DNA of 49,125 nucleotides from assembly GCF_001194135.2 (NCBI RefSeq), contig NC_068992.1:61453182-61502306 (forward strand). Reading direction: 5' to 3'. Position 1 is the first letter of the stretch; each line of letters begins with the position of its first letter. This document shows, piece after piece, positions 22,888-35,629 of this stretch. The position numbers and the translations under genes were made by a program. Below the pieces are notes generated by a model, which saw only the letters and a list, made by a program, of their open reading frames with translations, was not told where the DNA came from and searched no databases. Origin of the DNA: Octopus bimaculoides. Lineage: Eukaryota.

Positions 22888-25144
22888 TCAAACATTATAA
22901 ATTCTTTTTGTTTTTGCATTTATAAATGTTGTTTATAAATGTTTATAAAACTTATGGAAGGAGCATCACCCACCATGTGTGTGTAGGATTATATATACAT
23001 ACATACACATATATGTTTGTGAGATGTGAAGGTTGCAGTCTACAAGCAGTGTTGTCTCTTCTGCCCACAATTCATCTATTTGCTTTGTGCCTTTGTAAAC
23101 ATCTGTAATAAGAAATCCTTTACTTCAAAAACACATGAGGGTCATCAAAAGAAAAAGATATCCAGCTGTAAAACAATATATGCAAGCATGAAAAAGAAAC
23201 AGACATAAGACAGATAAAGAGAGAGAAGGGAGGAATTGAATCTAAAAAAAAGAAAGATTAATGGTGGCCCATGTCAAAATCTCAAGCAACAACAGGTCCC
23301 AAAAATAAAATGAGAGCAGAAATGTAAAGAAACACCTCGAGGCTTATGAAAACTTACCAATAACTAATTTTCAACAGATGCAATGAATTTGTGTTAGTGA
23401 CCAATTCATAGAAGTTAGAGATGGAAATCTCAGTATCTCAAGTACTTAATGAAAAGTGATTACAACAGGTTTTGTGTTTTCATGTATATACGTATATATA
23501 TGTGTGTGTGTGTGAGTGTATGTGCATTCATAAAAGGTTTGTTCAGTACTTTTTCTCCTCGTACAGTCTGACACATGGCCATTCTTCTTCCCAAAAACCA
23601 TGCATCCAAAAACCTTAATCACACAGGTGTTAGACTGCAGGACTCAATACTCATGTTAATCTTGTAATTTTTCATTTGCATTTTATAAAAATGTATTCAA
23701 AAGTGGCAAGTGTGTTATCTCATTATCACCAACTTCTCTTTTGAGCAACCTTCAAATAATACTTGTTGAGGCAAAGGACCACAGGTTTTCTATCTTCATT
23801 TAATGCTATAACCCTTTTCACTATAATATCTCAGGAAAGGAAAAATCTGACTGCTTGTCTTTGCCAAAGAAGGTGGTAGAAGCAAGATTCATGATGGAAT
23901 TGGCTGACAGTAGGGTTTATTCACAGGCATAATCTTGTACTGAGATGATATGGAGATTTGGGAAGAATTCTTAGTAGATATTTAGGTGCTTTTCTTGCAT
24001 CTCATACATTTGATCACTCATTCAAACATACATAACACATTACAAACTAATATAGGCAATTTAAGGCCAAAGATTTTGATTCTTAATCACTGGACTTTGA
24101 GTTGAGATTCTTCAGAGAAAGAAAGGCTAAACTGCCATTTTAGCATGAGAAATTGATCTGGGTTAGGATTTAGGTTTAGGGCTCAGGGTTAGGTTTGGTC
24201 TTCATCTTAAAGTGTAAATGGTCAGGTAGACTGCACACTAAAGTAACACTGGCTAAAAAGTGCTTCTTTATTAATTGATTCTAGCGATGAGTATTTACTT
24301 GTTCTATGAACTGGACAGTTTACACATTGAAAAATGAATTAGTGTGTGTAAGTGGCTGAGATATATAACATAATGTAAAATAATAACAAATCAGTTTAAT
24401 TTTTGTACAAAGTCAGCAAGCTTTAAGAGGAAGGGCAAATAGATTACATTGACTCCGGAGATGTGTAACATAATGTAATCCTCAGGAAAGAATCAGTGTG
24501 ACAAAGTGTATGGTAACGTTTAAGTTTTAAAATAAACTCAATCCACCCTACCGGATCCTACAAAGTTTCCATCAACCCAATTTCACTCACAAGGCTTGGG
24601 TTGATATGACACCATCATAAAAAAAAAATTGCTAAAGATGTCATGCAGTGGGATCGAACCTGGCTGATCATGAATGCGCTGTGGACTTCTTAACACTTCA
24701 ACCATACTATTGATGAAAATGTATATTCACGTAAATACACCCGTAAAGGGAGTTAACTCTAACATTTTAATTTGCCCACTTCTACTCTACTGCGTTTCTC
24801 AACATTTTATTATCGAAATCCATTTTAACAAATTATTAATTCTCTTTCATCCTACCTTAAAAAAAAAAATAATCAAATAAAAATTAAAATTTCTGAAAAT
24901 TTAATAAAATTAATATCTGATACTTTTCGTGGATAAAACCTCCTCGGTTTTGTCTGCTGTAAATGTTTTTATGTTGCCTATAATTTAGTGTATAACATGT
25001 ACGTATGAGTGTACGTGTGGGTGTGCTGATGTTTACATTCCAAGTATCTTTGCATAACATTGTTTTAAGAGACAATGTCATGTTTACATCCCATATCAAC
25101 AATATCTGCAATACAGTAACAGTTTCAATACGAGAAGGCCAGTA

Positions 25145-26085
25145 AAATAATAATAATAACAATAATTTTAATTTTTGTACAAGGCTAGCAAACTTTAAGA
25201 GGAGGGGCAAGTAGATTACATTAACTCCTGTACTTGACTGGCAATTTATTTTATCGACCCCCCCCCCCCAAAAAAAAGGTGAGTGACAAACTTAATCCTG
25301 GCAGAATTTGAACTTGGAAGGTAACAAATCAGAAGAAATGCTACTAATGGATCTGCCAACATGCTGCTCTAATGATAATGATGATGATGATAATAATAGT
25401 AATAACTGTTTTTGGTTTAGGCTTAGGAGCAGCAGTTTCAAGGGGAGAGGTTGGTCATTAGAGTCAATATAAGTACTATTTATTTTGCCAGCCCCAGCAG
25501 GATGGAAGGCAAAAATATCCTTACCATGATTTGAAATCAGAGTGTAAAGATCTGGCAGAAATACTGCATGGCATTTTTTCCTATGCACCACCTCACCACC
25601 TGTAGAATAATAAATATAATAATAATCCTTTCTACTGTAGACACAAGGCGTGAAAGTTTGAGGTTGATTACACCGATCCCAATCCTCAAATTTCAAAGGA
25701 TGAAAAGCAAAGTTGACCTTGGTGAAATTTGAACTCAGAATGTAGTGACGGGCAAAATACCGCTAAGCAGTCCATCCAGCATGCCAACGATTCTGCCAGC
25801 TCACCATTTTAGTAGTAATAATAATAATTATTTCTACTCTAGGCACAAGGCCTGAAATTTTGGGGGAGGGAGCCAGTCAGTTAGATTAACCCCAGTACAA
25901 ATTGTTATTTTAGGTATTTTAGTGGGCAGGAGATAGTTGATTACATCAAATCCTGTCCTCAACTGGTTCTTAATTTATCAACCCCGAAAGGATGAAAGGC
26001 AAAGCCGACTTCAGCGAAATTTGAACTCAGAACATAGCGACAGGCAAAATACCACTAAGCACTAACATTTCTGCTAGCTTACTGC

Positions 26086-26120
<35 letters not shown>

Positions 26121-26400
26121 GTAATGATAATTTTTATTATTAGGTCGACTACCTTTCATCCTTCTGGGGTTGATAAAATAAGTACCAGTTGAACACTGGG
26201 GTTGATGTAATCAACTCATCCCCTCCCCCAAAATTGCTGCCCTTGCAGAAAAATTTGAAACCATTATTATTGTTGTTTCAGAAATTTTAGTGGCGAAGTT
26301 GATCATATAATCACTTCAACTCCTGCCCTCAACTGGTACTTACTTTATCAACTCTGAAAGAATGCTAGGCAAAGTCAACCGTAGCAGAATTTGAACTGAT
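25145..26400. mobile_element. Cluster of about 6 family C SINE copies separated by (AAT)n tails
   Basis: Minus-strand copies at about 25145-25370, 25385-25605, 25610-25810, 25815-26088 and 26275-26400; plus-strand copy at about 26140-26270. Confidence 0.75.
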
Positions 26401-27175
26401 AGCCTGCCTATGATTCCACTACATCTCTTGCATGTCCATAGCTTACACAGAGTGCAGCAAATGGAATTTATGTTTACTCCTTTTCTGTATATTGAGCAGA
26501 GCAATTTCCCTGAGGATATCAGGGTCTTGTCTTATTTCCTACTTACTAAACCTTCGTCTTTGCTTGGTTTACTATAAGCTCCTTTAATTCTAGGTTTATC
26601 TTACAGAAATAAACAAACAGAAGGATATTAATGAAGAGGAGAATATCAATTTTGAACACTGAAACAATACAAGATTGTTTTGTGTTGTGTCATGGTGAAG
26701 TACTTTGATACAAGTGTCATGCAGTAGGATACCAATAAAATAAGACATAAGTCTCCTGTGACAGCATCTAAACAGGATCTGTGATGTCTGTTAAATCCTT
26801 AATTTAGTATAATTGAAATTGAGATTAATTGAATGTGTAATTCATGTAGAGACAAGCAGAGAGAGAAAAAGTGAAAGAGAAGAAAAGAAAGAAAGAGAAA
26901 CAAGGATAGTGAAGTGTTTTGTTCAAGGATATACTTGCTATAGGATATAAAGCACAACTCTTGAGATTTATTTATATCTATAGGAGTCACATATCAATTA
27001 TTCCATTGTGAATATAGTTTTTCTATTTTAATGTAGCTTCCCAACTGTGTGATTTTGGGTTCAATTCCACTGTGTGGCACCTTGGGTAATCTGAAAGAAG
27101 CTTTTCATGTATGTCCATCTGTATATACGTGTGTGTGAGTATATGTCTGTGTGTCTGTGTATATATATATATATA

Positions 27176-27360
27176 TTAAAAATGGGGAAGGCCAGTTTAT
27201 GGGATTATCTTAGGTTTCCCGGACATAAAGGGTTTAGCTTTATGGTGAGTCATCAAATCCTGTTAGCCCATGACTTCTTCTGATGATTCGCCATAAAGCT
27301 AAACCCTTTATGGATGGGAGACCTAAGGTAATCCCATAAACCAGCCTTCCCCATTTTTAA
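27176..27360. mobile_element. 185-bp foldback MITE flanked by TA
   Basis: About 80-bp near-perfect arms (TTAAAAATGGGGAAGG...GCTTTATGGTGAGTCATCA / TGATGATTCGCCATAAAGC...CCTTCCCCATTTTTAA) with TA on both sides. Confidence 0.8.
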
Positions 27361-27364
27361 TATG

Positions 27365-27546
27365 CACCTGTTACACTCTCAGAGTGGTTGGCGTTAGGAA
27401 GGGCATCCAGCTGTAGAAACTCTGCCAAATCAGATTGGAGCCTGGTGTAGCCATCTGGTTCGCCAGTCCTTGGTCAAATCGTCCAACCCATGCTAGCATG
27501 GAAAGCGGACGTTAAATGATGATGATGATGATGATGACGATGATGA
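27365..27546 (+). mobile_element. Repeat family A copy (5'-truncated)
   Basis: Same core sequence and (GAT)n tail. Confidence 0.85.
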
Positions 27547-27601
27547 CTACTCTACATCTTAAAGTGTGCTTCTTCTTTCAGATTTGTTTTTCACAAATGA
27601 T

Positions 27602-27655
<54 letters not shown>

Positions 27656-27777
27656 GGTACTTCAAATTATTATGGGTTTATTATTCTTGGTACTTCAAAT
27701 TATTATGTGTATGCATCTATATATGCATGTATGTATGTGTGTGTGTGTGTGAGAGTGTATTTATGTATGTATGTATG

Positions 27778-27808
<31 letters not shown>

Positions 27809-27815
27809 GTATATA

Positions 27816-28270
27816 CAGACATGGCTGTGTAGTAAGAAGATTGCTTCCTAAGCACATGGTCTCAGGCTGAGTCCCATTGCATTGCACCTTGAGCAAATGT
27901 CTACTACTAGAGCCTTGAACCAACCAATGCCTTGCGAGTGGATTTGGTAGACAGAAACTGAAAAATGCCAGTCAAGTACACACACTAACACACATATATG
28001 TATATGTGTATATATATATGTGCGTGTGTGTGTGTTTATTTATGTGTGTGCATATCTTTGTGTCTGTGTTTGTCCCCCACCATTGCTTGACAACCTGCAT
28101 TGGTGTGTTTAAGTACCTGTAACTTAGCAGTTCAGCAAAAGAGACCAATACAATGAGTACCAGGCTTAAAAAAAAGATAAGTATCAGAGTTGATTCATTT
28201 GACTAAAAACAATAATTCAAAGTGCTGCCGTAGCATGACCACAACCAACTGATTGAAACAAACAAAAGAT
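27816..28270 (+). mobile_element. Repeat family B: tRNA-head-like SINE with an internal microsatellite
   Basis: ATGGCTGTGTAGTAAGAAG...GTGGATTTGGTAGAC.GAAACTGAA...GTAACTTAGCAGTTC...GAAACA. Related copies at about 3535-3680, 7740-7880, 12172-12345 (-), 15655-16030, 18770-18890 (-), 31240-31400, 37225-37370 and 42673-42968 (-). Confidence 0.8.
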
Positions 28271-28777
28271 AAAAATTGTATGTGTGTATGGATGGATGGT
28301 TTGTATAGAAAGATGGATGGATGGACATACTTACATATGTGTGTGTGTGTGTGTGTGTGGTGATTGTGCATCCTTAGCTTGATGTCACAGGATAGTTATA
28401 ATGGGTATCACCACCATACTAAGACCCTCATTTCCAGTTTTCTGTGGAAACATTTCTGGCTATGGGCAAATATTTATTACCTTGCTTGGAAAGAGGTGAA
28501 TGTTGGTAATAGGAAAAGCTTCTGGTTGTAGAAAATCTGCCTCAATAAATTCTCCGATCCGTACAAGCATAGAAATGTTGACGTTAAAGAGAGGATGGTG
28601 ATGATGATGGTGGTGATGATGATGATGATGATGATGACGACAACGACGACAACAAAGATAGAGACAAGTGTATAGGGGCGTTTAATATTGAAGTGATGTA
28701 TGCGTCAAGCGTATGAAAGTAGAAAAGTTGAATCATATACAGCTGTGGACACAAAGGAACTTGTGTATTTTGTGGCA

Positions 28778-28811
<34 letters not shown>

Positions 28812-28964
28812 CTGTGCATGTATGTGTGGCACTGTGTGTGTGTGCATGTGTGTTTGTGTATAATTCCCCTCACAATAACTTTCTCTCAACCCACATCCTA
28901 CACACATGTACTTTTCTCCTGTCTTACTGTCCCCACTCCCTGCACAAATACTTCCCAGCAAAAC

Positions 28965-29024
<60 letters not shown>

Positions 29025-30301
29025 GTGTGTGTGTGAGTCAAAAATATTTTGGGATAGGAAATGTTGAAACCTGCTTATATCTTTTGTGTATATATATCAA
29101 TTATTCAAGTATTCATAATTCTACCATAACTGCCTGATATATTGCAATAGCTGAGATGCATTAATATTGGACAAACATTTTCAAAAAATCCTTGCATCTC
29201 CTTTGATATTTCAGTTTTGTGTCTTTTCCTTCATAAACACATAATAATTTGAAGTACCAAGAATTGTAAAGGACTATTGTGTGTCTTTTCCTCTGTAAAC
29301 ACATAATAATTTGAAATACCTTTACAGTTAGTAAATATAGTTCAATAGATAAAATTAAGGAGACTGATAATATTCATTTCTAATATTTGATATAAAAATT
29401 CTAATCAAATTTGTTTAGAAAAGATCTGAGAAAAATAAAAGTAAAATCAGTATTTGTCAAAAATATCCACTTCATTCTATCCACAACCATGTCACTTCTT
29501 TACTGCTGGAGCATCTTAATCTTCATCTGTCTTCATTTTGCAAGTAAGTTCTCAATTTTTTTTTTATCATTTATTTGTGAAATCACTGAGTCTGTCTGTG
29601 TATGATCAAGAAGTTTGTTTCCAGGTCAGTTTCTTTTGTATGACAACTTGGATTATTGTCTTGTTTGATAGTCTTAGGTTGACCAAAGACTATGAAGTGG
29701 AACTTGATAGGTGGAGATTCTATGGAAGCATGTTGTAGAGACTATTTCTGTCCTTTTTCTTGGGTGGATAACTTCATCTATTACTTCATTTAATCTTTTC
29801 CATATTAAAGTACCTGAGACTGCACTTTGTTGTATTATACAAACTTTCTGTTTTAAAGTGATCCAAATTAAAACCTTCCAACAAACTTTCATGTTAATTT
29901 ACGTTCCAAATAACAACTTGATAATGATGCGGTTATTTTACTAAATTCCTCATTTTCAAAATTAATAGATAAAGGCAAAATGGTAGTAAATGGTAAAATG
30001 TTATTACCTGGCTCTTGGGCAATTTCTGCAGAATTCACTGTGCTGTAGTCATTTGAACTTTGTATCTAAGTATTTAGGCAATTTGTTTGCATCACTTTTT
30101 TTCATGACACTGAGTGATTACAGAACTTTCTCCACCAGAAATATAAAGAAAATATATGGTTTTCTTTAAAAATTACAAATCTTTCTCTAAATCACAATTA
30201 CCTTAACAAAACTTCCTTTTGAATTTATTGAACTAAAATCAGTTTAATTTTATAATAACAAACCAATATTATATTATATCTTTATTATTATTTCTTCATT
30301 G

Positions 30302-30735
30302 TAAGGTGGCAAACTGGCAGAAACGGTAGCACGCCGGGCGAAATGCTTTGCGGTATTTCGTCTGTCTTTACATTCTGAGTTCAAATTCCACCGAGGTCGA
30401 CTTTGCTTTCATCCTTTCGGGGTCGATAAATTAAGTATCAGTTATGCACTGGGGTCGATGTAGTCGTCTTAATCCCTTTGTCTGTCCTTGTTTGTCCCCT
30501 CTATGTTTAGCCCTTTGTGGGCAATAAAGAAATAAGAAATCTTAGCATGCCGGGCGAAATGCTTAGCAGTATTTTGTCTGCCTTTACGTTCTGAGTTCAA
30601 ATTCTGCCGGGGTCAACTTTGTCTTTCATCCCTTTAGGATCGATAAATTAAGTACTGGTTGCATACAGGGATCGATTTAATCAACTGGTCACCTCCCCCA
30701 AAATTTCGGGCCTTGTGCCTAGAGTAGAAAAGATC
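30302..30735 (+). mobile_element. Repeat family C: two tandem SINE copies
   Basis: TAAGGTGGCAAACTGGCAGAAACG.TAGCACGCCGGGCGAAATGC...TTCTGAGTTCAAATTC...CATCCTTTCGGGGTCGATAAATTAAGTA occurs twice (from 30302 and from about 30536). Confidence 0.85.
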
Positions 30736-31784
30736 ATTTCTTCTTTGTGAAGTCACATGACCTAATGGCCAGGATGATGGATTCACAACCTTAAGTTTGT
30801 AATTTCAGTTCCTGGACTGGGCAATACATTGTATCCTTGAGCAAGATGCTTCATTTCATGTCACTCCATACTATTCAGCTCAGAATATGTACCAATCTAT
30901 AACTGGTACTTTTTTTTCAGCTGAGTTCACTGGAGCCTAGTGTTGGTGCAGCCTTCTTTCCCTCCAGCTGTCACATTCATGATGTTGCACTGTATTAAGG
31001 GCAGGAGATCTCAGAGTGTGTCTATGTCTACTTGTGAGTACATAAAAATCTGCAGCAAATAGCAAAAGCATGTTACATGTTACCAGGTCATATTTGCTTG
31101 CCAAGGACAGCTTTGCTTTATTTCTATGTCATAATGAAATACTGTAAACTAATTATAAACTCTGATAATGAAGTAAGGACTTGATTACACATATAAGGAT
31201 TATAAAGATTTGAATTTATTTAAAGTGTTTAGTCTGAAGGCAAGTATGGTTATGTGATTGAGAAGCTTGTTTTGTAAGTAAATGGTTTTGAGTTCAATCC
31301 CATTTTGCAGCATCTTGAATAAATATTTTCTATCATAGCCATAAGTGAACCAGTATATCCTGGACAAAATTTGGTAGAGAGACATCAAGTAGAAGCCCAT
31401 CAGAGGGAGCATTTCTATTACTGAGTGATTAATATACTATGTGATTTTTAGGACCTATAGATATCAGAAGCCATTTGCACTTGATAAAATATGTATTGTA
31501 TCAAAGTAATTGTTAAATTGAAATACAATTAAGAAGAAGTATATTCATAGTAAAATAATTATTAATCTCTTTTTTCATTAAAATTATTTTTTATTCATAA
31601 CAAACTTAATGCAAACACTTGGTAAAAAAAAACAAAAGTTCTTTTAAAAGCACAATTTGCAAAGGCTTATAATCTAATCTCTAGAAACTTGCTATCAGGA
31701 ATTAATGCATCTATGCAATACCCATTGTATTGTATAATTTCAAGATTTATTGTACACTGTGTATACAAACAGAATACAAAATGA

Positions 31785-32810
31785 TCAAAACCAAAATACT
31801 TTCTTCCTTGCCTTTGCCAGAGCAAAATCACTGATGATTTCATCAAATGATAAACTGCATAGTTTGTTGCTTTCTATGCACATGAGAGTGAGGGAACATA
31901 ATTATCTTGAGTCATTGTTGTTCGAAATTCATTTTTTATCCTCTTCAGTTGAGAAAAAGATCTTTCTTTAGAGCAATTTGCAATCATCAAACTAAGATAC
32001 ATTCTCAAAATTGCTTCTACATTAGGGAATGCTCATTGGACATGATCGTTAAATATTACTCGATACAGATCCTGATGTGTCAAACCATCGTGTTCCTGTG
32101 AACCATGGCTTTGACTATATCTAACATATCGATGGAAATGTTGAAGTTCTCCAACAAGGTTCATGTCCACATCCTGTTCTATGATCTACAGAGTTTTCAT
32201 GACTTTGAATTAAATAGGTGTTGTGCCAATCACAAAATCCATCTGATGATAAGGCTGCAGAATAATCTGAAAAGATTTTGCACACAAGCAGTATACACAA
32301 CCAGTTTCTGGTGAATATACTAACCATTCTCTGCAGTATTTTTCACCATTAGCTTGTTTGGGTCAGTACAAGCATTTTGAGCAATATCTGTCTTGGTTTG
32401 CAAACAACTTCTTTGACTTTTCAAACGAACCATTTGAATGCTGACACCATGACAGGCCTTCTTCTACCCAGTATACAATGTCATCTTTGCTTAAATCAGC
32501 CCATAGCCCAACATCATTCTGTTTGTTTGTTTTTTTTTATGTTGAATCTTCTGTGCTTGTACTACTCTCAAGTTTATAAATCTTAATATTTCTTGTTTCA
32601 TTCATTGAAGCTGATTCTATAGAACTAGATATACCAGGTTCTGTATCAGTCATGGGATAAATAACTCATGACTGACTCACTGTGGTAGAGGGTTTGGGTT
32701 CATCAGGCCCCTTATCTATCTTTGTTAAGAAACTTTCTAATTTTGGTAACTTGCTAAGCTCTTCTTCAGCTTTCTGCTTCTTCCTTCTCTTTTGAACTCC
32801 ACTTAATAAA
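31785..32810 (-). mobile_element. hAT transposase remnant with the catalytic core deleted
   Basis: N-terminal SGVQKRRKK followed by a TTF-type zinc-finger pattern (REWLVYSPETGCVYC..CKIF...DGF.DW...SHENS.DH). This is joined almost directly to the hAT dimerisation domain (AFPNVEAILRMYLSLMIANCSKERSFSQLKRIKNEFRTTMTQ...L.L..IE). Several stops and frameshifts. Confidence 0.85.
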
Positions 32811-33299
32811 CTTCTGGTCGACACTTTGTAAACTGTGGGCAAAGAATTTTAAATAACTATAAACATGTATCTATAATATATAACTTTTTCTTTTCTTTTT
32901 TTTTCTGTGGTTTCAGCTCAGAGCTATGGCCATGCTGGAGCACCGTTGTTATATATTTAATATTTATAAATTATCAATAGTAAAATGCATGAGAAATATG
33001 GAATGATGATCATTGATCAACTACAATAATTATAAATATAATGCAGGAAAAAATGTTTCCCCCCATTCTTTGATCCTACCTCTAACTGAATTAGTAAATA
33101 ATAATACAGGCCTACTAAGTATACAGATGAATATTTTTTAAAGTAATATTTAATAGGACCAAAGTAAATGAATTATGTGTTATATGAAATAAATCAGTAG
33201 GCCAAAAACTGTAATTACAGTGTTAAACAGTGTATGAATGCTGATTAAAGCTTGTTCAAATGTTCATTTATAATACTTTTATTATCTGAAAGAGTAAAG

Positions 33300-33340
33300 A
33301 TCATACATTCACAGTGTAGACTACACTGTGAATGTATGAT
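33300..33340. repeat. Perfect 41-bp palindrome (20-bp arms, 1-nt spacer)
   Basis: ATCATACATTCACAGTGTAG-A-CTACACTGTGAATGTATGAT. Confidence 0.95.
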
Positions 33341-33747
33341 GTATGGCCGTTGCTACATCTAAGGTAGCAATGCGTTATGTTCCCCAAACTCACCTAAAAT
33401 AACCTAAACTAACCCAATCTAAAAAAATTCATAAATTCGAAAGTAAGTTACCACACACTAAAAAATCCACTATCACACTTAGTCTTACACTTTAGAAGCA
33501 CTGGTCTTAAATTATCTTAAATATGGTAAAATTTTACACTTAACACAAAGAAATTGACAAACAAAAGTCGACACGCCATCCTAATGATTACATGATGATC
33601 ATCTTCATCTGATTTTCTCCCCATTGCTGTCAAGTTTCGTTGCCAGCTGTACAATGTTTCTTTAATGTAATTTCTATAATGTATGCTTAATTATATTATT
33701 ATTTCTATAAAGTAATTAAATAATTTATCTACTATTGTACTAAAGAT

Positions 33748-34145
33748 GGTACTTTTTGGTTATCTCATCCCCATTAAAAAGTTGGGTTATCTTCTACCGT
33801 TTTATGAAAAATATCAGTACTTTTGGCTACCTCCCCCACCTAAAAAAATTGTTTAACCCTCAATAAAACAAAACAAAAAAAAAATTTTTTTAAATCAATA
33901 AATCTGAAAACTGAAAAAATTAATAAGCATAGGAACTGAAAAAATTATTCATGTTATTGAATCTAATAACATTTTTATAACAAATTATACCATGCCTATT
34001 GAGGAGGCCAAACGTCAACAATATGTTGAAGTATTGAATCAAAAGGATCTAACACTTTTAATTCAATCTTTTGTTGCCACAAACTCAATTCTTTAGTGGG
34101 GAGGTAACCCAATTTTTAATGGGGGTAAGATAACCCAAAAGTACC
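33748..34145. mobile_element. MITE-like element with about 40-bp imperfect terminal inverted repeats
   Basis: GGTACTTTTTGGTTATCTCATCCCCATTAAAAAGTTGGGTTA at 33748 versus the reverse complement of TAACCCAATTTTTAATGGGGGTAAGATAACCCAAAAGTACC ending at 34145; internal sub-terminal repeat. Confidence 0.6.
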
Positions 34146-35110
34146 CTAAAAATATATAATTTTTTTTCAAAATATCAAATAATTAAATAGGAGATATAAA
34201 GTGTGCTACAACTTGGGATTTTACACAGCACAATTATTTTGAGCAGTAGGTAACCACTTGTCAACTTGTTATCAGTATTTTAAAACTACTTTTGTTAACA
34301 CATTATAGTTATTGAAAATTCATCTTTATTTATTTCATTTACTTGTTCATCATTCCTATTCTGTTGTTCAAGTTACCTTTTTTATCATACTCATAAAAAA
34401 AAACAAAAAAAAACTTGTAATTGTAGCTGCCAGTCTCCTACAAGCCTTGTCTTGGCTTCCATGTATAAAAACGCAACTGAAACTATCACGTTGGATGACA
34501 ATTAATATGGAAATATTATTGTATTTGTGTAGTCAAAGTATTGTAACAATAATTGAATATGTAAATACCCAGAGTTGTAGATGTATATGGAAATGACACA
34601 GTGCTATGCGGAGTTGCCATTGTATCACGCAGACAGGTATGCAATCGATGTTAGTATAATACTGACACATCAACAATGTAAACAATGTACTATCTCTTTT
34701 CTACTCTAGACACAAAGCCCCAAATTTTTTTGGTGGGGTAGCTAGTTGATTAGATCGACCCTAGTATGCAACTAGTACTTTTTTTTATTGACCCCGAAAG
34801 GATGAAAGGCAAAGTCGACCTTCACGGAATTTGAGCAATGTGCCATCTCTGACAGTCCACGGATGATTAACAATTATGTTGAAACCACCGACATGATGTA
34901 GTTCATAAAATCGTCAACAGATGGCACTGGCAGGAAGTATAAGCAAAATACATTGTCTGCAAAACTATTGTAGTTCAAAACTATTGCATTTAGTTCTTCT
35001 TTATCTTATATTTTGAAAATGTACACTGTACAGTACACACCGTTTTTTCCTATTTTTTCAAGGCCCCAAGAAAGTAGTGGCTCTAAGCTATAGCTTGTTC
35101 AGCTTATATA

Positions 35111-35124
35111 TAAATCCGGCCCTG
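35111..35124. mobile_element. hAT-like terminal inverted repeat end (TAAATCCGGCCCTG)
   Basis: The reverse complement CAGGGCCGGATTTA resembles hAT termini; the partner TIR was not found. Confidence 0.35.
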
Positions 35125-35629
35125 CTTAAGTTTAATTCCACCATCTGGTCCCTGGGTACCTTTAGCAAAGTTTACTCTGTTGCTAGCAAACATCACCACC
35201 TGGTCCTTGGGTGTATTTAATACAGTCTACTTTATTGCAAATGAATACCACCTTGAGTCCACTTTTCTGCAAGGATTTTGGTCTAGTTGTTCAGTCAGAG
35301 AATAAATATTTTTCCCTTGCTTCCACTAGTCTTAGTGGCTTTGAAAGACCCAAAAGATATGAAATATATTTCAATTTCCATTTCTCTCTTTCTTTTTCTT
35401 TTAAATTATTTAAAAAGCAAATGATATTTTGTTATGACACATCTCAAGAGATGTCCAACTTAGTAACTTCTTTTACTCCTTTACATTCATTGAAAGCTTT
35501 TCCAGTGTATATAAACAACATCATGGTGTATATGTATGTATGTATGTATGTATGTATGGCTATGTATGTGTTGTGTCTGTCTATATATCTGCATCTGTCT
35601 GTCTTTCTCTTTTCTTTCTCTTTTTAATT

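Noticed and set aside
24160-24200. TTAGG-like repeats as interstitial telomere
   Set aside because: Few, degenerate units; such tracts are common inside MITEs.
26607-26739. Possible terminal exon (INKQKDINEEENINFEH*) with AATAAA at 26734
   Set aside because: Only 17 codons, with no upstream partner exon found; could arise by chance.
27281-27300. Other CTGATGA/CTGAAGA motifs as additional hammerheads (e.g. 27280 +, 32700 -, 36490 -)
   Set aside because: No downstream GAAA..UH with complementary helices was found.
27816-27900. tRNA-like A/B-box sequences (many copies)
   Set aside because: They are degenerate SINE heads followed by SINE bodies; no intact cloverleaf was seen.
27516-29137. ORFs rich in HT, YI, CV or MY dipeptides (also at 39375-39838, 42092-42370 and 43235-43515)
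   Set aside because: Translations of (CA)n, (TA)n and (TATG)n microsatellites.
29400-30140. Protein-like minus-strand fragments (e.g. SNDYSTVNSAEIAQEPG followed by a GT donor)
   Set aside because: All frames carry multiple stops and no family motif was recognised; possibly an old transposon but unsupported.
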